This document shows, piece by piece, positions 48,136 through 58,548 of a stretch of DNA of 64,000 nt. Every line of letters begins with the position of its first letter. Position 1 is the stretch's first letter. A program made the position numbers and the translations under genes. The stretch is from Candidatus Omnitrophota bacterium (GTDB taxonomy: Bacteria; Omnitrophota; Gorgyraeia; Zapsychrales; Zapsychraceae), in NCBI GenBank assembly GCA_015233115.1, contig JADFYJ010000002.1:111216-175215 (forward strand), read 5' to 3'. A model generated the notes under the pieces. It searched no databases. It was not told the DNA's origin and saw nothing but the letters and a program-made list of their open reading frames with translations.

Positions 48136-50241
48136 TTACCATTTGATGTCAACATCCAGCCACATAACATGTGCGCTGTAATTTCCGGTTTCAACTGATT
48201 GATAGGTCCGAAACGCGTAATAAGCATATTTCGGTTCAATAATTATATTTTTCGTCACGGTCCATTTCGCTCCAACCTGGGCATCGTACCATTCATCGTC
48301 TGGAGAATAAAGAAACGCCGAATTATTCGTCACATAATTATTGTTTCCGTTTTCCGCGCGAGAATACTCTGAAGTCTGAAATATGCTAAAATTATCCGTT
48401 GGCGCATAACTGGTGCTAAAAGCCAAAGTATTAACATTGGCCGTAGTTACAGGCAGATAAACTGTTGAGTTAGAAGCAAATTGACTGGCCGGCGTTGAGG
48501 TCTTAAACAACTGTAATGAATAGGATGCGGTAAACATCCACGCATCCGTCGGAAAAATCGTCAATCCATAAGTAAAATCCCTCTCCATCTGCTGAGTCTT
48601 AACCATATTTTGGGCCGCATATTGTGTATTAAATACTGTGCCTGCCGTGCGGACCCGAAAAGAATTCTCGAACCATTTGAGCGGCTTCCAAGTCAAGCGC
48701 GCCGCCATCGAATCTTCAATGTTGCGAAGCACATTTAAATCTGCTTCGGTTGAAGGATTTTCTACTACTGTATCCAATTTATCATTTTTGACACCATGTT
48801 TGTATTCTAGATTGGCACTGACGGATTTAATAGGCGTAATGCGCGCCCCAATTGTTCCTGCCATTTCAGGAGCATGATTAATAACATCATGATAAACATC
48901 ACCGCCAACGACATTAGTATTCAAGGTATCCTCTCCTTTATAAATGCGGCGGTACAATGATTCCCAATTACGATTCTGCTCCATATCAAAATCAGCATAT
49001 AAACTCGTACGTGAAAAACCAGTATATTTTAAAGAAAAATTTTCAGCCCCGCCAGTGATCTTGTTCTCACTGGTCCCGTCGTAGTAATAATTAGCAGCCC
49101 CATTGGGAGAAACACCCGCGGCTCCGAGAGAACTACAATTTGAATTAGCCGGCCCGCAGTCAATACCCTGTGTCGATATACCGTTGGTATTAACCATTTC
49201 CATTTTAATTTTACTGCCAAAACTTAAATTCCGCGTAAGATTAGTCACCAAATTCCCGGTCCAAATATTAGAATCCTGAATATTCCTACCCCAGCCATTT
49301 TTATTAGCAGGCCGCGAATAATTCCAAAGAGTTCCATTTACCATATACTCTCTAAGATACTCGATCTGACTATCTCTTAAATGAGCAAAACGATACCCCA
49401 AAGACAAATATGTCTGGTCATTAAGCATCCAACGGTCAGCCAGCCAAGTTGAAGTTAAAGATTTCGTCTGAGTATCAAGAGACTGAGCACGCCATTTATT
49501 GTCCGTCGAAGGGGTGATCATGTCCGTGTAATAGGACTGTTCCTGACGAGAACGGTTCGACTGAAAAAATCCATAAGACTGCTTCGCTTTAACCGTAAAA
49601 CCCATGACCTCCGCTTTATTTTTTAGACTAACGGTATCCGTAGTTTCTTCATTATTCCCCCAAGACGGTCCTGTATACTTTGTCACATTGGCTTTAACCG
49701 CAGTCCAGGTCAAATGATCTTCTGATCCTTTTTTAATATCTCTATCATATTCCGCTGAACACGTCGATTCACCAGGGATACCATTTCCGATTTCTAACGC
49801 AAAATAACCAACATCAAGATGCAAGTCTTGGTTAAGCTGAATCAATTGCAAGCTGGGAGTGGTATACGGATAATACCCTCCGGAATTATCAAAATATTGG
49901 CGGAAAGATTTATATTTTGTTTGAATAAAACCGATATGATCTTTGGTGATGAGCACAGAACCGTCATTATCGTTTACATTGGGAACTGAACGGCCTTCAA
50001 TAAAAATATGGGTATCTTTGCTGACCTTGGTGCCTATGTTTAAAGCATTGATTCCGTAAGAATAGCCGTCATTCAACCAATTAATGGCGCGGAATTTGGA
50101 TACGTCTCCCTTGACCTCCACAATTTGCAATGGCATTAAATCCATTGAAACAGAATTTTGCGCCCATGCACACACCGTCCATCCTATCGAGATGAAGCCA
50201 AGAATGACACCCCATATTCTTTTAATAATCGGCATTTGCAT
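48136..50241 (-). CDS. large outer-membrane beta-barrel protein, MtrB/PioB-like by size and context
   Basis: 701 aa, signal peptide [32 protein letters not shown]-rich alternating pattern, C-terminal ...DVDIKW aromatic terminus; 13 nt downstream of multiheme cytochrome gene. Confidence 0.45.
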   Translation of the reverse strand: MQMPIIKRIWGVILGFISIGWTVCAWAQNSVSMDLMPLQIVEVKGDVSKFRAINWLNDGYSYGINALNIGTKVSKDTHIFIEGRSVPNVNDNDGSVLITKDHIGFIQTKYKSFRQYFDNSGGYYPYTTPSLQLIQLNQDLHLDVGYFALEIGNGIPGESTCSAEYDRDIKKGSEDHLTWTAVKANVTKYTGPSWGNNEETTDTVSLKNKAEVMGFTVKAKQSYGFFQSNRSRQEQSYYTDMITPSTDNKWRAQSLDTQTKSLTSTWLADRWMLNDQTYLSLGYRFAHLRDSQIEYLREYMVNGTLWNYSRPANKNGWGRNIQDSNIWTGNLVTNLTRNLSFGSKIKMEMVNTNGISTQGIDCGPANSNCSSLGAAGVSPNGAANYYYDGTSENKITGGAENFSLKYTGFSRTSLYADFDMEQNRNWESLYRRIYKGEDTLNTNVVGGDVYHDVINHAPEMAGTIGARITPIKSVSANLEYKHGVKNDKLDTVVENPSTEADLNVLRNIEDSMAARLTWKPLKWFENSFRVRTAGTVFNTQYAAQNMVKTQQMERDFTYGLTIFPTDAWMFTASYSLQLFKTSTPASQFASNSTVYLPVTTANVNTLAFSTSYAPTDNFSIFQTSEYSRAENGNNNYVTNNSAFLYSPDDEWYDAQVGAKWTVTKNIIIEPKYAYYAFRTYQSVETGNYSAHVMWLDVDIKW

Positions 50242-50254
50242 ATATTTTTTTCGT

Positions 50255-51034
50255 TTAATATTTTAATGCTTTATCAAAATTTGATCCATGTACCGCCGTA
50301 TGACAGCCGCCACTGTAACATGTTTCCCCCATGCGTGATGTATGTCCGGAAACTGCGCCTATGAATCCCGCAGAGTAATTAGTCTGCATGTGACAACGTA
50401 AACACAAGTTAGCATCCCGGACCAACAACATTTTTTCATGAATTGACCCATGCACCTTATGACAAACTGTACAGCCCTCTCGCAAAGCAGCATGTTCATA
50501 AACAAAAGGTCCTTCCTGGTCTTTATGGCACTTGAAACACAATTGATTGGGTTCTTCCATCGATGTGGCAGACGGAGTAATATCAGGACCGTGACAATCG
50601 TGACAGTCAGAACAGCTGATTTTTCCTTCCATGACCGGATGATGATACGGCAAACGGAATTCTTGTTTTTTATCCGCATGACAATTAAAACAAATCCGAG
50701 GATCTTTTCGGGGATTGATAATATTATTTTTCTGATCCGAATTTTCTGCGTGAACACTCCCCGGACCGTGACACATCTCACATCCCTGGCTGGCTCCGCC
50801 TTCATCAGCTTTCAAATTCAACTTATAATGCGGCGAAAGCGCGCAGTCACGGCCTTCCTTCTCATGGCAAGTCAAACAAGCTTCAGAGCCGGCATAGGTT
50901 GCGCCTTTAACAAAAGTCAGCGGCCCCTGAATCATCTCCGTCGCTTGGGCAAGCATTGGCTGTGCAGTTAAAAACAAAAAAAACATTACCGCCATTCTTA
51001 TAAAATTAAAATAAGCACTTCTCCCCAATGTCAT
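50255..51034 (-). CDS. periplasmic multiheme c-type cytochrome (7 CxxCH plus one CxxxxCH)
   Basis: CLTCH, CEMCH, CFNCH, CSDCH(DCH), CFKCH, CTVCH, CLRCH, CYSGGCH; signal peptide MAVMFFLFLTAQPMLAQA; start trimmed to avoid overlap with upstream gene. Confidence 0.8.
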   Translation of the reverse strand: MTLGRSAYFNFIRMAVMFFLFLTAQPMLAQATEMIQGPLTFVKGATYAGSEACLTCHEKEGRDCALSPHYKLNLKADEGGASQGCEMCHGPGSVHAENSDQKNNIINPRKDPRICFNCHADKKQEFRLPYHHPVMEGKISCSDCHDCHGPDITPSATSMEEPNQLCFKCHKDQEGPFVYEHAALREGCTVCHKVHGSIHEKMLLVRDANLCLRCHMQTNYSAGFIGAVSGHTSRMGETCYSGGCHTAVHGSNFDKALKY

Positions 51035-51041
51035 ACTTTGA

Positions 51042-51359
51042 TTATTTCTTTTCTTCAGTCTTGGCTGGTTTAAAATCTTCAATCTTACCTATTTTTTTAA
51101 ACGTCTCACCCGTTGGATCAGGATTTTCTTTTATGACTGCTTTGCCATAATCATTCAACTCGTGTTTACCATCATCCTTTGACGGCTTTTCGTCCATATG
51201 ACAATCCAGACATTTTACCTTCGCGTCAGGAAACGCTTCGCGGTACATCTTGATATCCTTTAAACGGGCTTGAGCCGTCACAGCGTACAGGATCAATCCT
51301 GCCGCCCCCAATATCCCAAAACAAACCATGATCAAAAAACGCTTTTGCCCTTTTTTCAT
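51042..51359 (-). CDS. membrane-anchored monoheme c-type cytochrome
   Basis: 105 aa, N-terminal TM helix, single CLDCH. Confidence 0.7.
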   Translation of the reverse strand: MKKGQKRFLIMVCFGILGAAGLILYAVTAQARLKDIKMYREAFPDAKVKCLDCHMDEKPSKDDGKHELNDYGKAVIKENPDPTGETFKKIGKIEDFKPAKTEEKK

Positions 51360-52927
51360 TTTCTCCCCCTTGCTTTACGCGCAAACACAAAGAATAAAAA
51401 ACTTGCTTCAACCAGCAAAAAATAAATAATCCAGATCAAGCCGCCCGAACCCGCGCCATAACTATGAAGCCCGCGGCCTAATAAAAAATTAACGCCGTAC
51501 CAAGTCATCAAAACTAAAATAAACCCTAATATTCCTGAAACAGCCAAACCAAAATTAGTTAATTTTTTGCTATAACGTAAATGCAATATGGTCATGTAGC
51601 CGAGAAACGTAATAAACGCCCACGTCTCCTTGGGATCCCAGCCCCAAAATCTTCCCCACGCTTCATTCGCCCATATTCCGCCAAGAATTGTGCCTGCGCC
51701 CAGCAAAATCAACCCCAACTGTAAAAGACGGTTAATGGATTGAGCAGATAACTGATCTTCCTGTTCTGTCAATTTGCCGCTTGCGGCGAGAAACAAATGC
51801 CGGTGAGAAACCGCCATGGCAAAGGCGAACATACTGTAACTGGAAACGATGGTGATAACGTGCACAGTCAGCCAATAACTACTGCGTAATACCGGAGACA
51901 CCACATCCAATGACTGATCTACGGGAAGCAAATTAGCGTAAAGCATAATCATGGCACTCACAATAGCGCCGCTGGAAAGTAAAGAGCGGCGTTTCTGCCA
52001 AATGACAAAAATTCCCACGCAGAGCATAAGCACCCAATTCATGAAAATCATTGTCTCATACATGTTGGCCACCGGCGGACGCAATAAAATTAACGCGCGC
52101 AATAATAATCCAACAGAATGATAAATAAACCCCAAAACAATTAACCAGTTGCCCCACACTTGGCCCGCAGGTTTCCTCCCCAGAATAAAAATGAAACCCA
52201 ATAAATACAGGATACCGGCAAAAAGAAACGGCTGAAGAGAATAATAAAGCGCTTCTAACCTAACCCTGACAGCCTGCCCTTTTCCCAACACTCTATCCGT
52301 CCCTGCTATCCATTGCCGGATTTCCTCGCCGGCTTGTGGAGCCTTATCCGAATAATCGCTCACCAATTTCTGAAAAGCCAAAGACTGCCCTTCATGACCG
52401 AGATAGGGCGATGTCCAAACTCCACCGTTAACCGCAGGGATCACAGTCAAAATATCCGTACTACTCAAACGTCCAGTCATTTGCAATCGTTGATAAAGCA
52501 CTTCCGCTTTCTGTTCCATGACAGATGGACGGTTGTCTTTCCCACGCTTTTCATTTGCACCGGCAGCCAAAACTTCAATGGCATGAAAGAAAGGCTTCAA
52601 CTCTTTAAACGAAAAAAAGTTCCGCTCCCCTTCAATCCCCAGAGTCTTTTTAAGACCCAGGTGGTCAACACGAATAAAAGGAATATCTAAAAACTGCTGA
52701 CTATGCTCCGAATTGACCAAGAGCAAATTCAAAGCACTTTGACCATGCCAGTGTTTTTTACCACTGATAAATTGCAATGTTTCCTGCGCAAACGCAGCCA
52801 AAGGTTTTATCCGGCCATGATTCTGAATCGGAATCCTGCCCCCGTCCCGGTCCAAATTAACTGCGTATGCTGACGAAATCGATAAAAAAGACAACAGAAC
52901 CGCAAAAAAAACTACGGATTTTTTCAT
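51356..52927 (-). CDS. ccsA: cytochrome c biogenesis protein CcsA (System II) with extended N-terminal periplasmic region
   Basis: WWD domain WGRFWGWDPKETWAFITFLGY and conserved His; 523 aa. Confidence 0.8.
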   Translation of the reverse strand: MKKSVVFFAVLLSFLSISSAYAVNLDRDGGRIPIQNHGRIKPLAAFAQETLQFISGKKHWHGQSALNLLLVNSEHSQQFLDIPFIRVDHLGLKKTLGIEGERNFFSFKELKPFFHAIEVLAAGANEKRGKDNRPSVMEQKAEVLYQRLQMTGRLSSTDILTVIPAVNGGVWTSPYLGHEGQSLAFQKLVSDYSDKAPQAGEEIRQWIAGTDRVLGKGQAVRVRLEALYYSLQPFLFAGILYLLGFIFILGRKPAGQVWGNWLIVLGFIYHSVGLLLRALILLRPPVANMYETMIFMNWVLMLCVGIFVIWQKRRSLLSSGAIVSAMIMLYANLLPVDQSLDVVSPVLRSSYWLTVHVITIVSSYSMFAFAMAVSHRHLFLAASGKLTEQEDQLSAQSINRLLQLGLILLGAGTILGGIWANEAWGRFWGWDPKETWAFITFLGYMTILHLRYSKKLTNFGLAVSGILGFILVLMTWYGVNFLLGRGLHSYGAGSGGLIWIIYFLLVEASFLFFVFARKARGRK

Positions 52928-54717
52928 GAAACTTTCCTTTCATTAAAATGAATCAACGCTCCTATACACGCGATTAACGAGCTCAGGTAAATCCAAGGAA
53001 TACCCGGATTCTTGGCTACAGTAAATACAGAGGCCTTACCATTTTTGGGATCATCAAAATACGAAGATTGAAAAATTTTAAACCCAGCATAATTTAACGG
53101 CTGATTCATACTAATGGTCCTTTCCAACGTTACGCCTTGAGTTGAATCATGCAATACCACATCACTTTCAAACGACGCGGCATCCTGTGTGCCGGGATAA
53201 TTTATCTTGCGGAATTGTTTTAATACAATTGAAAAAGGAAGCTCACGCATTTCATGCGATAGGAAAAAATTAACCGTGCCCTGATCTACCGCGACCGGTG
53301 TCAGCTGATTTTCAATAACCCAATAAAGATCCTTTGTTCCGGCACGCTCCACAGTTACGGCAACAGCCATAGGAGCATCCGGGTCAGAAGAAGGCGCAAT
53401 ATTATAATTAACCCGGGCATGAGATATAATTTTCTCTGCCGAAAACTCCAGGTTCATATATCCTGTAGAAAATGTGCGGCCCAAAATTAAATTTCCCTGT
53501 GCCGTCACCTTACCTTGAAATTTAACCTGATAACGCCACGCGCCGCTGTTGTCAAAATAAAACACAATCTGCCCGCCGCTATAAACATCTGGATAATCTT
53601 CCGGTTTTCCAGCCGCAAATTTAACTTGAATATCCGTCAAAGAAGAAGAAACTCTCTTGTCAGCTTTATCATGCATCGCTTCAAATTCCGGAAAAAATCC
53701 AAACTTTAACTGATGAAATACATTGCCCTGACTATCAACCAAATCAAATTCCACTGCCGGATTAAACATCCTGCCATTAGGTAAATTCACAATCTTATTA
53801 TGACCAGCTACAGCAGCAAAAGGATAATAAACGAAATTTTTAACCGAATACCCGGTGTTTTGCAACGGCAAGACAGCAGGAACAACTTTTTCCGGATCTA
53901 TCGCCAAAAGCTCTTGGCCAGATTTATCCAAAATCCGTAATGTTGGCCGTTGAGCTGGCTCTATCTTTTTATCCGGCCGCAAATTCAGTTTAACCGGGCC
54001 AACCATCTGTTCAGAACCTGCCGCAGAAGCAGGATTACCCGGCTCATGCTCAAACAACCAAATTGACTCATCAACGTCAAGCTGTTGACTAAATAACTTC
54101 ACCGAGACCGCGCGATTCACCTCTCCATTAGGATTTCCCTCTGTCACGAGTTTTTTTTCCATGGCATGTTCAAAAATATTAGTGATACAAAAAGGAACCC
54201 TCTCTCCCTCCTGCTCTACTCCAATATTTTTCTTTGGCTTAAGTGGACAATAAAGCTCCGTTGAATTCCTACGTTCCCTGTTCAAAACCAAATAAGAATT
54301 TTTTTGGGACAAAAGGAAAGATTCCTGCTCCTGATTAGGATAATTCACGGATAAAAGATGGCCTGACTGCTCCATCCGGCTTGCAGTTTCCCCCTCAAAA
54401 ATAACCATATTTCCATCAATACCATAATATTTACTAATCATGGCGCCGATTAGAATGCCGAGAATACCGATATGCGTAATCACAAAACCCAGATACTCTT
54501 TTTTATACGGAAAACGGACCAATGTTGAGCACAAAATATTGACCCATAACAAAACCATTAAAAAATCAAACCAACGGGTCTGATAAAAAACTTTTTGGGC
54601 AAACGGCGTCCCATAAACTGCCTCCATCGACGTGGAGACAATTAAAAGCACAATCAAACCCGCGCTAATAACCACAGTGAAACCGACAGAGCCTAATTTT
54701 TTAATTATAAAATTCAT
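52924..54717 (-). CDS. ccsB: cytochrome c biogenesis protein CcsB/ResB (System II)
   Basis: 597 aa, ResB-like N-terminal TM pair and large periplasmic domain, translationally coupled to ccsA. Confidence 0.75.
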   Translation of the reverse strand: MNFIIKKLGSVGFTVVISAGLIVLLIVSTSMEAVYGTPFAQKVFYQTRWFDFLMVLLWVNILCSTLVRFPYKKEYLGFVITHIGILGILIGAMISKYYGIDGNMVIFEGETASRMEQSGHLLSVNYPNQEQESFLLSQKNSYLVLNRERRNSTELYCPLKPKKNIGVEQEGERVPFCITNIFEHAMEKKLVTEGNPNGEVNRAVSVKLFSQQLDVDESIWLFEHEPGNPASAAGSEQMVGPVKLNLRPDKKIEPAQRPTLRILDKSGQELLAIDPEKVVPAVLPLQNTGYSVKNFVYYPFAAVAGHNKIVNLPNGRMFNPAVEFDLVDSQGNVFHQLKFGFFPEFEAMHDKADKRVSSSLTDIQVKFAAGKPEDYPDVYSGGQIVFYFDNSGAWRYQVKFQGKVTAQGNLILGRTFSTGYMNLEFSAEKIISHARVNYNIAPSSDPDAPMAVAVTVERAGTKDLYWVIENQLTPVAVDQGTVNFFLSHEMRELPFSIVLKQFRKINYPGTQDAASFESDVVLHDSTQGVTLERTISMNQPLNYAGFKIFQSSYFDDPKNGKASVFTVAKNPGIPWIYLSSLIACIGALIHFNERKVS

Positions 54718-54783
54718 GTTTACTATTTTATATATAAAAATTAATAAAAAGCGTTAATTTTAGATTTTTTAACTCTAATATAT

Positions 54784-54876
54784 GGCGTCAGATCTCGACC
54801 ACGAAACCGCTTGTTAACCTCAATAACACGGTGCTCCCCCAAACCCGGCTCAAATGCTGCGTCGAGATCTGACACC
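54784..54876. repeat. family D element: GGCGTCAGATCTCGAC - 61 nt - GTCGAGATCTGACACC
   Basis: Perfect 16-nt inverted arms; right arm supplies last codons and stop of antiporter gene. Confidence 0.7.
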
Positions 54877-56316
54877 AGCATTGAGCGCGGCAAAATCTTG
54901 ATCATTGGCCAGCACCAACAAAACGTCGCCGCCTTCAATAATCATGGAACCATCGGGAATAATAAATTTGTCTTCACGGGAAATCAATACGATCAAACAT
55001 TTGATAGGCACGTTCAGTTCAAATATTCGTTTACCAGCTGCCGCGGAATTATACGGCACGATCAGATCATTTAATGACGCGTCAATCCCTTCTGTACGTT
55101 CAAACTCCAGCGGATAAACCCGCGTACTATCGCCAGGAACCGCTACTTTCAACCATTGGGCTACAGCATGAATAGATGCCCCCTGCACCAGCACGGAAGT
55201 TATGACGACAAAAAAAACGATATTAAAAATCATTTCTGCCTGAGGCACATGGGATAATAAAGGAAAGGTGGCTAAAATAATCGGGACAGCTCCTCGTAAA
55301 CCCACCCATGAAATCATGGTTTTCTCAACCCAGTCAAATTTAAACGGAAATAAACAAATAAACATGCTGATCGGACGGGCTAAAAATATTAAAACAAACG
55401 CGATCAACAAACCGCTTCCAATAACGGGAATAATATGCGACGGAAAAACCAGCAGTCCTAAAGTTAAAAACATCATGATCTGCATCAGCCAAGCAATACC
55501 GTCATGAAAACGCATGATCGATTTTTTCTGCACAAAATCATGGTTACTCATAACCAGACCCACAACATACACAGCCAAAAATCCGTTTCCCTTTAAAATC
55601 GCCGCTATAGCGTAAGTCAAAAGTACCAAAGACATAGTCAGAACCGGATAAAGACCGCTGTATTCCAGCTTCAACCAGTTGATAATTGTGATGATTAACT
55701 GCGCCATCAAAAATCCCACTAACGCGCCCATGCCCATATCCAAAACAAACATCGGCAATAAATTGACAACCGCGACATTATGCTGCATCAAAATCCGAAT
55801 AAAACCAATGGTTAAAAAAACTGACATGGGATCATTACTACCAGATTCCAATTCTAACAACGGGGTCAGATTGCCTTTCATGCTCGTTTTTTTTGATCTC
55901 AGAATAGTAAATACGGCGGCAACATCCGTGGAAGATACAATAGAACCCAAAAGCATCCCTTCAATCAACGAGAATTTCAAAAGCAAAACCGCGGACGCGC
56001 CTACAATAATCGCTGTCAATAATACGCCAAGGGTGGAAAGCACAAAACCTGGAAATAAAATAGGCCTGACACGTTTCCAATTCGTGTTTATCCCACCTGA
56101 AAAAATAATGAATATGAGAGCCACAATCCCAATGGATTTAGCCAGCCAAGGATCGGAGAAGGCAATCTTGCCTATCCCTTCTGATCCAGCCAGCATCCCA
56201 ATCCCTAAAAATACCAATAACGCAGGAACGGAAAGCCGGTCAGAAAGTTTACTGGCAAAGACGCTCAAAAGTGTCAAAACTGCGGCAGATAAAATTATTT
56301 GTTCAATAGGCGGCAT
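54850..56316 (-). CDS. K+/H+ antiporter, CPA1 (NhaP2-type) with C-terminal TrkA-C/RCK_C domain
   Basis: 488 aa, ~12 TM, N-terminal MPPIEQIILSAAVLTLLSVFASKLSDRLSVPALLVFLGIGMLAG typical of NhaP2/CvrA; C-terminal soluble RCK_C-like segment. Confidence 0.75.
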   Translation of the reverse strand: MPPIEQIILSAAVLTLLSVFASKLSDRLSVPALLVFLGIGMLAGSEGIGKIAFSDPWLAKSIGIVALIFIIFSGGINTNWKRVRPILFPGFVLSTLGVLLTAIIVGASAVLLLKFSLIEGMLLGSIVSSTDVAAVFTILRSKKTSMKGNLTPLLELESGSNDPMSVFLTIGFIRILMQHNVAVVNLLPMFVLDMGMGALVGFLMAQLIITIINWLKLEYSGLYPVLTMSLVLLTYAIAAILKGNGFLAVYVVGLVMSNHDFVQKKSIMRFHDGIAWLMQIMMFLTLGLLVFPSHIIPVIGSGLLIAFVLIFLARPISMFICLFPFKFDWVEKTMISWVGLRGAVPIILATFPLLSHVPQAEMIFNIVFFVVITSVLVQGASIHAVAQWLKVAVPGDSTRVYPLEFERTEGIDASLNDLIVPYNSAAAGKRIFELNVPIKCLIVLISREDKFIIPDGSMIIEGGDVLLVLANDQDFAALNAGVRSRRSI

Positions 56317-56331
56317 AATAGCAGTTTCATA

Positions 56332-56763
56332 TCAATTGATAGTTGGGCAGGTAGCTGCCGACGCGCATGTAGGAATGTTCATAGTATTATCCATTGTAAG
56401 CGTGTAAGTTACACCTCCTGAAGTCACTGTTGCTATACAAGTATATGTAGAGTAAGGCGCGGCGCTGGTATACTGATAAGCAATATGTGAATCATTGGTA
56501 AGCACGACATGTAAATTCGTATTAAAATAATTAATGTCCGTCGCGTCTCCCCCTGGATTAGTAGGCAAGAATCCATTTTCATTCGCCCTGTACAATCTAT
56601 TAGCTTCATTGATCATTTTTAAATTGCTGACTGCTTCGTTTATATAAGCATAATTATATTTTCTGGAAAAATTCGGAATGGTAATTGAGGCTAAAATACC
56701 CATAACCACTATCGTAATCATAATCTCTGTAAGGGTAAAACCTTTTGAAATTCTCATAATCAT
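56332..56763 (-). CDS. prepilin-type N-terminal cleavage/methylation domain protein (type IV pilin or pseudopilin)
   Basis: MIMRISKG-FTLTEIMITIVVMGILASI class III signal; AGGAG RBS before ATG 56763. Confidence 0.6.
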   Translation of the reverse strand: MIMRISKGFTLTEIMITIVVMGILASITIPNFSRKYNYAYINEAVSNLKMINEANRLYRANENGFLPTNPGGDATDINYFNTNLHVVLTNDSHIAYQYTSAAPYSTYTCIATVTSGGVTYTLTMDNTMNIPTCASAATCPTIN

Positions 56764-56837
56764 CCTTTCTCTAATTCTCCTAATAAAGTATAACATTTTC
56801 AATTTTTTTGTATATAATATTGGCAATAATTTTATCT

Positions 56838-58499
56838 ATGCTAAACCAACTCACCATCTCTAATTTTGGGCTGATCGATCAGGTAACACTGGAATTTGAT
56901 CCGCAATTGAATATCCTGACTGGAGAAACCGGCGCGGGTAAATCAATCTTGATTGACGCTTTACGCATGGCGTTAGGCGAGCGGGCGAACATTGATCAAA
57001 TCCGCGATAAAAACAAACCCTGCATTATCGAAACTATTTTTGAAGTTCAAGACCCTTCCATCAAACAAATCGAAACGCTTAAAGATTTTTTTGCTGAAGG
57101 CGGCGAATTAATTGTCCAGCGCATCCTGACTTCAGACGGAAAGAATAAAATAAAAATCAATGGGTTCGCTGTCACCTTAAGCCAGCTTAAAGAATTGGGC
57201 GATCATCTGGTCGATTTTCACGGGCCTCATGATCACCAAATGCTCCTTTCTTCCGCGTCTCACATCGGCATGCTGGACAGGTTAGTTGCTTTAAATGACC
57301 TTTTAAAGGAATACAGTCAAAAATTTTCCGAATATTCCGCGTGCGCAAAAAAACTGGAACAATTAAAAGAAATGTACTCCACCAGCGCCCGTGAATTAGA
57401 TTTACTGGGACACCAGATCAAAGAACTGGAACAAGTGCCATTAGACAATGCTCATTACGAACATATCGAGCAGGAACGCATCCGCATCAATAATGCAGAG
57501 CGCTTAAATGAAAACGTCAGTCAAATGCTCAATTTATTAGAATCATCAGACTCCTCAGTCAGCAGTCATATCCGCCAAACTTTTTCCCTGATGCGGCAAC
57601 TTAATCATCTGGACAGTTCAACCGCATCCTGGGCAGAACAACTCAGCGAAATACAGGAATTAAATCAACAACTGGTCGTTAATCTTAATGATTACGCGGA
57701 CTCCCTCTCTTTCGAACCTGAACAGGCACAAACCGTGAATCAGCAATATGATGTTTATGACGATATAAAACGAAAATATGGCCCGGCTTTAGAAGACGCG
57801 CGGAAATTTTACAGCCAGGCAAAAGAACGCTTTGCTTTATTAAACGATCTGGAACACAATGATCAGCAATTACAGGAAAATCTGGATGCCATTAAAAAAG
57901 ATTTAAAAAAGACGGCGGATAAGATCACCAAAAAACGTAAAACCGCTTCTGATGAATTAAAGAAAACCATTGAACACGAATTAAAAGAATTGGGCATTGC
58001 CAATGTCAAATTCGAAAGCCGGGTTGAAAAAGCAGATTTCTCTATTAACGGCCAGGACCAAGTCACATTTTATATCAGCCCCAATGCCGGAGAAGATTTA
58101 AAGCCTTTGGCAGAAATTGTATCATCCGGTGAAGCGGCACGCGTCATGCTGGCGCTAAAAAAAGCTTTAATCAAAGTGGATCCTATTCCTGTGCTCATTT
58201 TCGACGAAATCGATGCCCAAATCGGCGGCAGGTTAGGCACAATCACCGGAACAAAATTACGCGAAATTTCCCGTGCCCGTCAGGTTATCCTGATCACTCA
58301 CCTTCCCCAAATCGCGGCTTTTGCGGATAAACATTTCAAAGTCACCAAATCCGTAGCATCCGGACGCGCTGTGACAGCAGTCAATGAACTTGACCCCAAA
58401 ACACGTATTAACGAAATTGCCAAAATGATGAGCGGCGAACAAGAAACTGCCATAGCAATTAAACACGCAAAAGAACTGATAGATAAAGCACAGCAATAA
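56838..58499 (+). CDS. recN: DNA repair protein RecN
   Basis: MLNQLTISNFGLIDQVTLEFDPQLNILTGETGAGKSILIDAL Walker A N-terminus, coiled-coil middle, C-terminal SMC signature region. Confidence 0.85.
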   Translation: MLNQLTISNFGLIDQVTLEFDPQLNILTGETGAGKSILIDALRMALGERANIDQIRDKNKPCIIETIFEVQDPSIKQIETLKDFFAEGGELIVQRILTSDGKNKIKINGFAVTLSQLKELGDHLVDFHGPHDHQMLLSSASHIGMLDRLVALNDLLKEYSQKFSEYSACAKKLEQLKEMYSTSARELDLLGHQIKELEQVPLDNAHYEHIEQERIRINNAERLNENVSQMLNLLESSDSSVSSHIRQTFSLMRQLNHLDSSTASWAEQLSEIQELNQQLVVNLNDYADSLSFEPEQAQTVNQQYDVYDDIKRKYGPALEDARKFYSQAKERFALLNDLEHNDQQLQENLDAIKKDLKKTADKITKKRKTASDELKKTIEHELKELGIANVKFESRVEKADFSINGQDQVTFYISPNAGEDLKPLAEIVSSGEAARVMLALKKALIKVDPIPVLIFDEIDAQIGGRLGTITGTKLREISRARQVILITHLPQIAAFADKHFKVTKSVASGRAVTAVNELDPKTRINEIAKMMSGEQETAIAIKHAKELIDKAQQ

Positions 58500-58548
58500 A
58501 TGTAAGAAAGTCAGACATCAATAAACAAAGATCAATCGTAATAGTTAG

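Noticed and set aside
50560-50600. Counting CSDCH and the overlapping CHDCH as two heme sites in the multiheme cytochrome
   Set aside because: The two motifs share a cysteine and cannot both ligate heme, so this is counted once, giving 7 canonical sites plus one CxxxxCH.
54741-54938. 65-aa minus-strand ORF 54741-54938 and 87-aa plus ORF 54811-55074
   Set aside because: Both are encoded by the family D repeat and the antiporter 3-prime end, in alternative frames; they are artefacts of repeat sequence.
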